Of a stretch of 64,000 nt of DNA, positions 1 to 9,253 are shown in pieces. The notes under the pieces were generated by a model that saw nothing but the letters and a program-made list of their open reading frames with translations, ran no database searches and was not told the origin of the DNA. A program made the translations under genes and the position numbers. Source of the DNA: an uncultured delta proteobacterium (GTDB lineage Bacteria; Desulfobacterota; Desulfomonilia; UBA1062); the NCBI GenBank assembly GCA_963752595.1, contig CAVVYZ010000002.1:128001-192000 (forward strand). The letters are read 5' to 3'. How positions within the stretch are numbered: the stretch's first letter is position 1; each line of letters starts with the position of its first letter.

Positions 1-2
1 TT

Positions 3-569
3 TTCACCCCTGAAGAGAGATTCGGGGCTCATGAACCGAAGCGCCGCACCACCCAGAGGCACAAGTCAAGGAAAACTCAGGGAGATATTTTTTTAGACTT
101 ATATAAAAGCAATTACATCACCCCTGGGTCGACACTGATTCAACGTGAAGCCTTTGATAAGGCTGGATTATTTGATGAAGACCTTCCTGTGGGAGAAGAA
201 CATGACCTTTTCATCCGACTTTCATATTATGGCATGGTCGGTTTTATTGAAGAAGCACTCCTGGAATACCGTTGGCATGGAGATAATACGAGTAATAGGT
301 GGTCTTCAAAATATCCTTTTGTTGAGATAAACCTCTACAGGAAATATCTCCCCTGGCTCATGGAGAGAACCCATTTATGGTGGTGGATATATAATAAGCA
401 ATGCGCTAAGGCCTTGAGAGATATGGGAATAATTACATTAAAGGAGAATAAGGCTGCCGAAGCACAAGGATTTTTGTTTGCGTCTTTTATCCGGATGCCT
501 TGGAGATATAAAATCATAAGATATCTCGTTGAGGCATTTATACGTACTCCCGGTTATGGTGAAAAGTGA
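3..569 (+). CDS. Glycosyltransferase family 2 protein, 5'-truncated by window edge
   Basis: Frame of ORF 189..569 is open back to base 3 and reads ...NYITPGSTLIQREAFDKAGLFDEDLPVGEEHDLFIRLS...YRWHGDN, a typical GT2 C-terminal half. Confidence 0.8.
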   Translation, partial: FTPEERFGAHEPKRRTTQRHKSRKTQGDIFLDLYKSNYITPGSTLIQREAFDKAGLFDEDLPVGEEHDLFIRLSYYGMVGFIEEALLEYRWHGDNTSNRWSSKYPFVEINLYRKYLPWLMERTHLWWWIYNKQCAKALRDMGIITLKENKAAEAQGFLFASFIRMPWRYKIIRYLVEAFIRTPGYGEK

Positions 570-572
570 ATA

Positions 573-1247
573 ATGCGTATGAATTCAGAAAAATTAAATG
601 AGAATGACTATTATAAAAGCTGCCGTGATGAAATGCTAGCCCATGTCCCCCTGGATAGAAAGAGGGTTTTAGACATCGGCTGCGGGGCCGGCTCCTTCGG
701 CAAGATTGTGAAAGACCGTAACATGTGTGAAGTGTGGGGTATTGAAATGAATACTCAGCAAGCACAAAACGCTTCAAAGGTCCTGGATAAGGTGGTTATT
801 GGGGATGCTGTGATCAAGATTTCTGAAATCCCATACACATTTTTCGATTGCATTGTCTGTAATGATATTCTGGAACATTTAGTCAATCCCTTTGCTTTCT
901 TATCTGAATTACGGAAATATCTCACCCCTGGCGGGGTATTGGTAGCTTCGATACCGAATGTCCGGTATTATAGAGTTCTCAAAGATCTCATTATACGTGG
1001 TGATTGGAGATATAAGGATTCGGGAGTGCTGGATATCGATCACTTGAGATTTTTTACAAAAAAAAGCATCGAAAGAATGTTCAGAAATACCGGATGGACA
1101 ATAAAGACAATCGAAGGAATCAACCCGACATCATCAAAGACCTACAGAATATTGAATGCTTTGTTATTGGGGATCATACAGGATATTCAATATCGCCAGT
1201 TTGCTCTTCAAGCAGAAATTACAGAAAATGTTCCTGTCTGCGAATAA
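573..1247 (+). CDS. Class I SAM-dependent methyltransferase (glycan-cluster type)
   Basis: VLDIGCGAG SAM motif, FDCIVCNDILEHL, PGGVLVASIPN, HLRFFT; directly follows the GT2 gene. Confidence 0.85.
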   Translation: MRMNSEKLNENDYYKSCRDEMLAHVPLDRKRVLDIGCGAGSFGKIVKDRNMCEVWGIEMNTQQAQNASKVLDKVVIGDAVIKISEIPYTFFDCIVCNDILEHLVNPFAFLSELRKYLTPGGVLVASIPNVRYYRVLKDLIIRGDWRYKDSGVLDIDHLRFFTKKSIERMFRNTGWTIKTIEGINPTSSKTYRILNALLLGIIQDIQYRQFALQAEITENVPVCE

Positions 1248-1305
1248 AAGCTCTCGCCGCATAGATCGAATCACTATCAGACTTCGGGCAAGGAAGAGAT
1301 GACGA

Positions 1306-3006
1306 TCATAAAAGTTCCACGATCTCGCTTATCTTATTCATTTCCTGCCAGATGCTGATCCCCATGCTCCGGTGGTCGTTGAGAACCTTTCTGAGCATAT
1401 AGGGCTCTGTATTCGGGTTGACCGTAATGGCGCGCAGGACAACGATCTTTCTTGGAGCATATCTGGTGGATTCCAATCTGGTCCTGGACACGAAAGAGGT
1501 GTCATGCTCTCTGATGGTTTTATGAAGCTCAATATTAATGGTATTTATGATTTTATTGATATGAGAGATCTTTTCAACATTATCTCTGGGATCTTCCATG
1601 AGCTCGTCGAGCTTGAGTTTGAGCTCTTCGGGTACGAATCGGTAATTGATGATAAAAAGTTCGGGCTTGTTCAATAATTCGAAGAGCGGATCCTTCTCGA
1701 TAAGATCAACGAATGTTCTCTGCAGATCATTGGCATGGTTGAAGATCAGCTTGTATCCGTTTTTCCCTAAGATCTTGAGTGAGGCCCACGGCTTTAGGCA
1801 GGCAAAAGGCCGGGACCCTTCGATAGTAAACCTACCCTGATCGACAGACCCTTTCCTAATGATGTAATTCGACGTATGGTAGATGAGTTTCGAGTCCTTT
1901 ACGTCCTTGAAAAGACATATTCCCATACAGTTGGGAGCATAAAGGAGTTTGTGAGCATCAAGGGACACGGTGTCCGCCTTCTCGATACTTTTCATCATCT
2001 CCCTGCCTGAATCCATGATCAAAGCCCCGCCACCCCAGGCAGCGTCAACATGGAAATGGGCTCCTATTTCCTTTGCAATTTTAGACAGCTGCTCAAGGTC
2101 GTCAATATTACCCGTCTCCGTAGTTCCTGCAATACCAACGATGGAAACGAATTTTGTCGGTTTTCCTGCAGCTTTGTCTTCCTTGCGGGTCTTTTCAATA
2201 ATCTGAAGGAGTTTAGAGATATCTATCCTGTTCGTATGCGGGTGAACAGGGACATGGATGACCCCATTTTCTCCGATGCCGAGGATTGTTCCTGTCTTAC
2301 AGATCGAGTAATGGCCTCTTTTCGACACCAGGATCTTAGCCTGTCTGTATCCATAGTATTCCAATGCGCGGACAAGGCCTTCAAGGCGGATTCCCTTGAA
2401 GGCTTTCCCATCTGCAGGAAAAGCCTTTGCCATTGCCAGGGTCAGAGCGGTAAGATTCGCTAACGTGCCGTCCGAAGTAATGTTGCCCAAAGCAATATGA
2501 GGATTCTGGATGTTGGAATTATAGAACTCATCCGTATCCTGGTATATGAGCTTATGCATCCAGCAGAGGAATTCCCTTTCAACAAACGATGAGGCTTTGG
2601 CGCTCTCGATTTTCACCTGGTTCTGATTGAGGCTTACTGCGATCATTTCGAGGAGTATCATGAAATAGGGAATGGCACTCGTCATGTGCCCGATGTAATA
2701 GGGATTTGCGACTTTGACCGAATGCTTGATGACGTTATTCTTGATCTCGAACAGGACATCTTTGATCAGCTTCGGCTCCGAGGGCATGCTGATGTTGTCG
2801 AAGATCCGTGAAAGATCTTCCATGGAGATAGAGGAGTGGATGCCGCCTTTTTCTTTGAAAAAGTCATGGATCATATCCAGAAGATGAACGCCGAATTCAA
2901 CGAACCTGTCCGAGGAATCCGGCATGATGAAAAGCTTCTTCATATATTCGGTAGTGCTTGAAATCCTCTTGAAGTGTGCCTCGATGTCGAGCTTTAAAGA
3001 CTCCAT
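1306..3006 (-). CDS. panP: PLP-dependent group II decarboxylase, PanP-like aspartate 1-decarboxylase
   Basis: YIGHMTS, LNQNQVKIESAK, GIAGTTETGNID, HFHVDAAWGG, SLDAHK (PLP lysine), TIEGSRP. Confidence 0.7.
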   Translation of the reverse strand: MESLKLDIEAHFKRISSTTEYMKKLFIMPDSSDRFVEFGVHLLDMIHDFFKEKGGIHSSISMEDLSRIFDNISMPSEPKLIKDVLFEIKNNVIKHSVKVANPYYIGHMTSAIPYFMILLEMIAVSLNQNQVKIESAKASSFVEREFLCWMHKLIYQDTDEFYNSNIQNPHIALGNITSDGTLANLTALTLAMAKAFPADGKAFKGIRLEGLVRALEYYGYRQAKILVSKRGHYSICKTGTILGIGENGVIHVPVHPHTNRIDISKLLQIIEKTRKEDKAAGKPTKFVSIVGIAGTTETGNIDDLEQLSKIAKEIGAHFHVDAAWGGGALIMDSGREMMKSIEKADTVSLDAHKLLYAPNCMGICLFKDVKDSKLIYHTSNYIIRKGSVDQGRFTIEGSRPFACLKPWASLKILGKNGYKLIFNHANDLQRTFVDLIEKDPLFELLNKPELFIINYRFVPEELKLKLDELMEDPRDNVEKISHINKIINTINIELHKTIREHDTSFVSRTRLESTRYAPRKIVVLRAITVNPNTEPYMLRKVLNDHRSMGISIWQEMNKISEIVELL

Positions 3007-3091
3007 GGATAGCCCTTCCTTTTATTTTTCGCAACAAGTATATATATCATGTTTAATGAACCGGACAAAAGAAGAAAAAAGGCCCCAATGC

Positions 3092-3916
3092 ATGAGCAGT
3101 ACAACGCTTTTTCTCATTCCAACACCTATCGGCAATTTGAGGGATATAACATTACGAGCCCTCGATGTGCTGAAAGAGGTAGATCTGATAGCCTGTGAGG
3201 ACACCAGGCACACACGCAAGCTGCTGTCTGCATATGGGATCCACAAGCCGCTTGTTTCGTATGAGAGATTCAGCGAGATGAAAAAAATTTCTCTCATCAT
3301 AGAGGCCCTGGAGGCAGGGAAAAACGTTGCATTGGTGAGCGATGCGGGCACCCCGCTGATCAGCGATCCGGGATCTGTGCTCATATCCCACGTCCGTGAG
3401 AGAGGTTTACGGGTAGAAGCGCTTCCGGGCCCCAGTGCAGTAATCACAGCCGTGTCAGCATCCGGGTTCGGGGGTGGATTCCGGTTTATCGGATTTTTCC
3501 CGAGACAGAAGAGCGTTGCCGAGCGTGAGACGATCAGAATGGCTTTGTCCTCAGAGCATACTGTTTTTTACGAGTCTCCGCACAGGATAATGGCTACTTT
3601 GAAGCTCCTGGAAAAGAATGTAAACGACAGAACCATATGCCTGGCACGCGAGATATCAAAGATACATGAGGAGTACCTTGTCGGCCATGCAGGAGATCTG
3701 ATCGAGAAACTCAAGGACAAGAATCCGATCGGTGAGGTTACCGTGATCGTCAAAGGGTCGTCCCAAGAGGATTCGCTCGATGAAAGTGCATTGAAAGAAA
3801 GGGCAGTCTCCCTCATCAAGGCTGGCCACACAAAAAAAGATGTGCTTCGAGTGCTCTCCGAGGAAACAGGAATAGGAAGAAACAGAATTTATGAAATATT
3901 ACTCACATTGCAGTAA
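3092..3916 (+). CDS. rsmI: 16S rRNA (cytidine1402-2'-O)-methyltransferase
   Basis: LFLIPTPIGNLRDITLRAL, ACEDTRHT, VSDAGTPLISDPG, FYESPHR, AREISKIHEE; start trimmed to ATG 3092. Confidence 0.93.
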   Translation: MSSTTLFLIPTPIGNLRDITLRALDVLKEVDLIACEDTRHTRKLLSAYGIHKPLVSYERFSEMKKISLIIEALEAGKNVALVSDAGTPLISDPGSVLISHVRERGLRVEALPGPSAVITAVSASGFGGGFRFIGFFPRQKSVAERETIRMALSSEHTVFYESPHRIMATLKLLEKNVNDRTICLAREISKIHEEYLVGHAGDLIEKLKDKNPIGEVTVIVKGSSQEDSLDESALKERAVSLIKAGHTKKDVLRVLSEETGIGRNRIYEILLTLQ

Positions 3917-3940
3917 AGGTTTTTTTTTGCATGCCGATAA
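3914..3940 (+). promoter_or_regulatory. Sigma-28 (FliA)-type promoter
   Basis: TAAA(3914-3917)-N15-GCCGATAA(3933-3940), exact canonical consensus, 32 nt upstream of ATG 3973. Confidence 0.85.
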
Positions 3941-3972
3941 AGGATTTGTAGAACTCCGGGAAGGGGAAACGT

Positions 3973-4236
3973 ATGAAAATAAATTCTGAAATATCGAATG
4001 TTATTAATCTGGTGAAGAAAGAGGAAGATTATCAGAAAAAGACAAGGGAGAAAGAGGAAAGCCAGGATAGGGTTACTGATATCGTATCCGTAGAGAATAG
4101 GGCAGCTTCCCGCTCCGATGTCGAGAATGTTGAGGAGGCCCGTGTATTGTTATCAGATGTTATGAAGGGAATGGAAAAATCTACATCATCCCCGCATAAC
4201 CTCAACCAATACAGGATTTCTCAGCTTATCAGTTAA
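3973..4236 (+). CDS. Small hypothetical protein with flagellin C-terminal-like segment
   Basis: 87 aa ORF with GGGGA SD and a sigma-28 promoter; ENRAASRSDVENVEEA...HNLNQYRISQLI resembles flagellin C-terminal ENxxAAxSRIxDxD...QxVLxLL. Confidence 0.7.
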   Translation: MKINSEISNVINLVKKEEDYQKKTREKEESQDRVTDIVSVENRAASRSDVENVEEARVLLSDVMKGMEKSTSSPHNLNQYRISQLIS

Positions 4237-4256
4237 TATCTTGCCAAGTTAGATCC

Positions 4257-4288
4257 GGGGGAGAGACGAATCATGGATACTCTCCCCC
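4257..4288. terminator. Hairpin between convergent genes (possible terminator)
   Basis: GGGGGAGAG(4257-4265)/CTCTCCCCC(4280-4288) 9-bp inverted repeat; no clear U-tract. Confidence 0.4.
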
Positions 4289-4318
4289 ATCCGTACTATT
4301 TCCACATCCGATCATCTC

Positions 4319-5407
4319 TTATTTGTGAGCGGATCCATCCGGCTGTTCTGGTGAATCCGTGCTTTTCGTCTCACCAAGATGCTTTATCCGGTTGAGATCC
4401 CGAGTTATTTCGGGCATGAGGACGCTTTCCATCTTTGGGGCCTTTTTGATGTACCGATAATAATCATCGCCGATATAAATGCCTGATAGTTCCTGCGTGA
4501 AATTTTTAGCGGCTATATCGGATATACTCAAGATTGCTAATTCCTTCATAGTGTCGGGAGAGATCTGTCCGACTTCCCGCAACGGCCAGAACAGGGGCCA
4601 GTGGTGCTGCGCAATAGCCTTGCTTAACTTGTCCGGCATTCTCCACTGTCTTGCCAGTATGCCGCCTAAGGCTGCATGATCAATGCCGTAGAATTCCGTT
4701 TCCTGTCTCAGCCTCTCCCTGGGATCAGAGGAAAAGCCTCCCTCTGGCTGAGAAAGGGATCTGGCCATTATGGTCTTGGCAATATCATGGAGCATTCCCA
4801 GGGTAACCATGGTACCTCCTGGTACACCAATCCTTGCCGTGCTTGACAGGTATGCTGCGATAGTGGATGTGAGATTCGCATGAATCCATTCTTCGCGAGT
4901 CGGCTTGATTCCGATTCTGGAAGCCCTTTCCTCCATAACGATCCTGTAGATTTCGTTGTATCCGAGAATAACTATGGCATTAAAAATGTTGTCAACTTTC
5001 TGATAAAGGCCATAATAAGGGGAATTCACACGCTTTAAAATAAAAGACGTGAGACCCTGGTCTGTTATGATGAGCTTGCTGATCTCTTTCGGATTGATAT
5101 CCGGGTCGTTGAGCTTTGACGAGAGCTCGGTAACCAGGGGTGATATCGATTCGATGCCGTTAATTACCTTTGCTATACGTTCCGGCACCTCTTTGGACAG
5201 CTCTCTATCAGGTTTCCAATCAAGGTTATATATATTCATGAATGCATCGTCGATATTATCGTTCGTTGATATGCTGACATAGTGAGCAGCTGATTTCTTT
5301 AACGGAGGGGAGGCCTTCTCTGCCATAAGCTTAACTGCAACGACAGCTGCAGTGATACATATGACCGCATAGAAAATTATCCAGAAAAGATGTCCCATTT
5401 CCATCAT
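4319..5407 (-). CDS. HDOD domain protein with N-terminal transmembrane helix
   Basis: DQGLTSFILKRVNSPYYG, AIVILG, GMLHDIAK, GIDHAALGGILARQWRMP, AIAQHH; hydrophobic N-terminus. Confidence 0.85.
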   Translation of the reverse strand: MMEMGHLFWIIFYAVICITAAVVAVKLMAEKASPPLKKSAAHYVSISTNDNIDDAFMNIYNLDWKPDRELSKEVPERIAKVINGIESISPLVTELSSKLNDPDINPKEISKLIITDQGLTSFILKRVNSPYYGLYQKVDNIFNAIVILGYNEIYRIVMEERASRIGIKPTREEWIHANLTSTIAAYLSSTARIGVPGGTMVTLGMLHDIAKTIMARSLSQPEGGFSSDPRERLRQETEFYGIDHAALGGILARQWRMPDKLSKAIAQHHWPLFWPLREVGQISPDTMKELAILSISDIAAKNFTQELSGIYIGDDYYRYIKKAPKMESVLMPEITRDLNRIKHLGETKSTDSPEQPDGSAHK

Positions 5408-5413
5408 CTTAAC

Positions 5414-5441
5414 TTATCGGGAATATAAAAATCCCTCTTAA
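5414..5441 (-). promoter_or_regulatory. Sigma-28-like promoter (likely leaderless)
   Basis: Minus strand TTAAG-N15-CCCGATAA, 6 nt before ATG 5407. Confidence 0.65.
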
Positions 5442-5581
5442 ATATAATTTCTCACAGGTTCGCTATTGTCAATAAGGATCCAGGGTTTGATCAACGGAAG
5501 ATATCAAGGAACGGTTAGGGCAACCGGCTTTATTATGGAAATATCACCGAAGTATTTCAAGAGAAACATGGTGAAAGGGTG

Positions 5582-5609
5582 TAAAGAAAGCAACCCATAT
5601 TTCCGAATG
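5582..5609 (+). promoter_or_regulatory. Sigma-28-like promoter (likely leaderless)
   Basis: TAAAG-N15-TCCGAATG, 8 nt before GTG 5618; shares TAAAGAAA-N11-TTCCGAAT with the site at 56679. Confidence 0.6.
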
Positions 5610-5617
5610 ATTCACTA

Positions 5618-6514
5618 GTGGAAGGAAAACTCTATCCAGATCAAAATAAAGAGCATGTCTTTAAGCTTCTTTCGAGGTGTAAGGACATACTCGACCTGCC
5701 TCCTGTCATGAAAGGCATCCTGGAAGTGACATCCGGGAAGAATTCCTCTGCTTCGAACCTCATTACCCTGATCGAAAAAGATCCTGTGCTGTCTACAGGT
5801 ATCATCACCATGGCAAATTCCCCATACTTCGGTTTTTCAAAAAAGGTAGCTGCTGCTTCCAATGCAGTAGCTCTATTAGGATTCAAAGAGATACGGAATC
5901 TTGCATTAAGCATATCCGTTGTTCGTTTATTCGATCAGAAAAGTTCGGATATTCTGGATAAGCTCTGGAGACACAGTTATGCCGTGGGTTTGGCTACCCG
6001 GATGGTTGCAGGATATTTCAAACTCAAGATCGAGGGGAGGTTCTTCGTGGCCGGGCTCCTCCATGACATCGGGAAGGTATTTCTCTGCGAATACCTCCCC
6101 GGGAAGTTCAGGGAAATGTTATCCATGCTGGAGAGGAATGACAGCAAGATCACCTATCATGCGCTGGAAAAAGCCTTTTTCGGAACATCCCATACCGATG
6201 TTGCAGTGAAGCTCCTTGAAACATGGAATTTTCCGCAAGATATCATGGATGCGATCTCATGGCATCATGAGCCATCACGGGCACAGTCGGATCGAGTCCT
6301 GGCTGCATGTGTCCATATGGCAGATCTGATCTGCACGTATAAATCCTTATCGCCTCTGGGTGATCGTCATTTCTTAAGCATTCAAAAGGAAATACTGCCT
6401 GTCCTTCAAGGATTGAGGGAAAACTTCTCTTCAGAAGACATAAGGATTCTCATGGGACAGCTCGATCTTGAGATAGACAGGCAAAGCGCATTTGTTTCAG
6501 CCTATAAGCGCTGA
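5618..6514 (+). CDS. HDOD domain protein
   Basis: LPPV, IEKDPVLSTGIITMANSPYFG, AVALLG, LWRHS, AGLLHDIGK, HTDVAVKLLETWNFP, AISWHHEP. Confidence 0.88.
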   Translation: MEGKLYPDQNKEHVFKLLSRCKDILDLPPVMKGILEVTSGKNSSASNLITLIEKDPVLSTGIITMANSPYFGFSKKVAAASNAVALLGFKEIRNLALSISVVRLFDQKSSDILDKLWRHSYAVGLATRMVAGYFKLKIEGRFFVAGLLHDIGKVFLCEYLPGKFREMLSMLERNDSKITYHALEKAFFGTSHTDVAVKLLETWNFPQDIMDAISWHHEPSRAQSDRVLAACVHMADLICTYKSLSPLGDRHFLSIQKEILPVLQGLRENFSSEDIRILMGQLDLEIDRQSAFVSAYKR

Positions 6515-6554
6515 TCACAACACGCCCCTTTATACTTCTCAAAGCAAACGATCC

Positions 6555-7748
6555 CTAGGCAAGGAGTCTGCTCAGGAGCGTATACCCGTTCTCGACGAAT
6601 ATGCCGGATTGAGAGGCATCTTTTTCATTGAATCCCCAGTCGTTGTCCCTGGGACTTGTACTGTCATATATGACAAACGGCACCGGGTTTGAAGTATGCG
6701 TTTTCTTTGCTATGGGTGTGGGGTGATCGGGAAGCAGGAGAACCCTGAAAGGTTCAGACCGCTCTTCCATACTCGTCAAGATCTGCCCGACAACCATTTC
6801 GTCAAAACTCTCGATTGCCTGGATCTTCTCACGGATAAGGCCCGCATGCCCTGCTTCATCAGGGGCTTCCACATGCACGAATGCCATATCAAGATCCGAG
6901 AGTGACTTTAGCGCTGCCTGAGCTTTGCCCGAATAATCGGTATCTATCCAGCCGGTGGCGCCCGGGACTTTGATTACTTCCATACCCCTGAGAATGCCGA
7001 GGCCTTTCAGGAGGTCGACGGCAGATATCATACTCCCTGAAATGCCGTACTCTTTCTGCAACGTCGGGACCTTCAGTCCCTTTCCTTCACCCCATGGCCA
7101 TATGGATGTGGCCTCTTTCTTGCCCTGGCTCCTCCTGAGGAGATTGACAGGGTGATCCTTGAAGACTTCCATGGATCTCTCCATGAGGCCCTTTAACAGC
7201 TCATCATTCGGGAGAAATGGATCAATATACTCTCCGGTTATGTCGTGGGGAGGTTTTGTTTTCAGGTCCGGATTTCCGTATCCGTTCACTACCATAAGGT
7301 GCCGGTATTCTATCCCAGGATAGACGCTGATGCCCCGGTATTCGCGTACGATTCCCTTCAATGCCTCTATAAGCTCCCTGGCCTCCTTGGTCGATATATG
7401 GCCCGAAGAGTAATCTTCCATTATCAGGCCTTTCTCACGCCGGCCCAGTGTGACCAGGTTGATCCTGAAGGCGGTATCGTCTTCTTTCAAATGTACGCCC
7501 ATACTGGTCGCTTCGATGGGAGCCCTGCCGGTATAATAGAGGCTCGGGTCGAGCCCGAGGACAGACATATTCGCCACATCACTGCCGGGGGGAAATCCCG
7601 GCTTTACGGTACGGACCATCCCCAGCTCCCCGCGTGCAGCCAGTCTATCCATGTACGGGGTATTGGCAACATCGAGTGGAGTCCTGTTTCCAAGCTCTTC
7701 AATAGGCTCATCTGCCATTCCGTCACCGAGTAGTATAATGCTCTTCAA
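6555..7748 (-). CDS. apgM: Cofactor-independent phosphoglycerate mutase family (ApgM type; proposed homoserine kinase group)
   Basis: LLGDGMADEP, TPYMDRLA, PPGSDVANMS, YTGRAPIEA, HVEAPDEAGH, LPDHPTP, THTSNPVPF; downstream of hom. Confidence 0.85.
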   Translation of the reverse strand: MKSIILLGDGMADEPIEELGNRTPLDVANTPYMDRLAARGELGMVRTVKPGFPPGSDVANMSVLGLDPSLYYTGRAPIEATSMGVHLKEDDTAFRINLVTLGRREKGLIMEDYSSGHISTKEARELIEALKGIVREYRGISVYPGIEYRHLMVVNGYGNPDLKTKPPHDITGEYIDPFLPNDELLKGLMERSMEVFKDHPVNLLRRSQGKKEATSIWPWGEGKGLKVPTLQKEYGISGSMISAVDLLKGLGILRGMEVIKVPGATGWIDTDYSGKAQAALKSLSDLDMAFVHVEAPDEAGHAGLIREKIQAIESFDEMVVGQILTSMEERSEPFRVLLLPDHPTPIAKKTHTSNPVPFVIYDSTSPRDNDWGFNEKDASQSGIFVENGYTLLSRLLA

Positions 7749-7841
7749 AATCTCTTCCTCCGCCCCAGGTAATAAGCCTAAACAATATCTTAAGGCTTTA
7801 ATACCTTTCCTGTGCCTGCTTTGCGGGCAGAAACAGGAGAT

Positions 7842-9164
7842 TTATGAATTTTTTTTCAGATTCCTGTCTTCAACCCTGATGACAACCGGTTTGCCCCCGA
7901 CTTCCTCAAGGGCTTCGACCTCTTTCATGGCGTTTCTGACGTTCGATTCTTTTGCCTCATGGGTGAGCAGGACGATAGAAACATGCCCGTCCATGAGCAC
8001 GCCCTTCTGAATAACGGAAACGATGCTGATGTCCCTGTTCCCGAGGATACCGGATATTTTTGCAAGGACCCTGGGTTTATCCTGTACCTGGATCCTCAGG
8101 TAGTAATTGGTAACAATGTCATCGATCGCCATATACCGCTTCGGTCTGGAAATATCTTTCCGGTAACCGAGGTGCGGAATCCTGCCTGCAATGCCTGCAA
8201 GGATGTTTCTGCCTATGTCGGCAATATCGCTCACTACAGCAGATGCAGTGGGCATCATGCCTGCTCCCCTGCCGTAGAAGAGGGTTGAATCAACGATATC
8301 TCCCCGTACATAGAAGGCGTTGAAAACGCCGTCCACCTTGGCAAGGAGGTAATTTAAGGGGACGAGGGTGGGATGGACCCGGGCCTCCACCTGGTCACCG
8401 CGATCAATGGTCAGGGCGAGCAGCTTCACCTTGTATCCAAGTTCGCGCGCATACCCTACATCGAGATTGTCAAGAGTGGAGATACCTTCAACATAAATGC
8501 CCGACATATCGGGCGGCACGCCATAGGCAAGGCTCGTGATGATAGCCAGCTTATGGGCGGAATCCACACCTTCCACATCCATGGTGGGATCGGCCTCTGC
8601 ATAGCCGAACTCCTGGGCTTTTTTCAAGGTATCCCCGAAAGAAGAACCTTTTTCGCTCATCTCGGTGAGGATGAAGTTGCAGGTACCATTAAGAATCCCA
8701 TAGATGAACTTGAAGTTGTTCGCAACGAGTGATTCTCTCAGGGCCTTGATGATGGGCACTCCTCCGCCCACTGACGCCTCGTAGTAGAGATCTTTTCCGT
8801 ACGTCTGCGCCGCGTCGAAGAGTTCTTTGCCCTTGGAAGCAAGTAGGGCCTTGTTCGCTGTCACGACGTGCTTGCCGGACTTCAGGGCACCCAGAATGAA
8901 TGTTCTGGCCGGTTCAATCCCGCCGATGAGTTCAACGACGATATCGATATCGGGATTAGTGATAATCGTGTTCGCATTCGTGGTGAGCAGTCCTTTGGGT
9001 ATGGCGATGCCCCGGTCTTTCTCGATGTCGATATCTGCAATGGCAGTCAATTCCAGGGAAAAGCCCAGACGCTCTTCGAGAAGGGCCGTATTCTCCAGAA
9101 TGGTCTTGGCTACACCGGTCCCGATGGTTCCCAGACCGATCATTCCTATTCTGATCTTATCCAT
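7842..9164 (-). CDS. hom: Homoserine dehydrogenase with C-terminal ACT domain
   Basis: GLGTIGTG, HVVTANKA, YEASVGGGVP, GILNGTCNFIL, GYAEADP, GRGAG..PTASAV, ACT domain (YYLRIQVQDKPRVLA). Confidence 0.95.
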   Translation of the reverse strand: MDKIRIGMIGLGTIGTGVAKTILENTALLEERLGFSLELTAIADIDIEKDRGIAIPKGLLTTNANTIITNPDIDIVVELIGGIEPARTFILGALKSGKHVVTANKALLASKGKELFDAAQTYGKDLYYEASVGGGVPIIKALRESLVANNFKFIYGILNGTCNFILTEMSEKGSSFGDTLKKAQEFGYAEADPTMDVEGVDSAHKLAIITSLAYGVPPDMSGIYVEGISTLDNLDVGYARELGYKVKLLALTIDRGDQVEARVHPTLVPLNYLLAKVDGVFNAFYVRGDIVDSTLFYGRGAGMMPTASAVVSDIADIGRNILAGIAGRIPHLGYRKDISRPKRYMAIDDIVTNYYLRIQVQDKPRVLAKISGILGNRDISIVSVIQKGVLMDGHVSIVLLTHEAKESNVRNAMKEVEALEEVGGKPVVIRVEDRNLKKNS

Positions 9165-9253
9165 ATATTCTCCTCTTGTGTCGCAAAGGAATCATTCCGG
9201 CAGCATTTTGACTGCCTGTGAAGCCCCCGTTTCATTGGAAAATGAGAGCCTCA

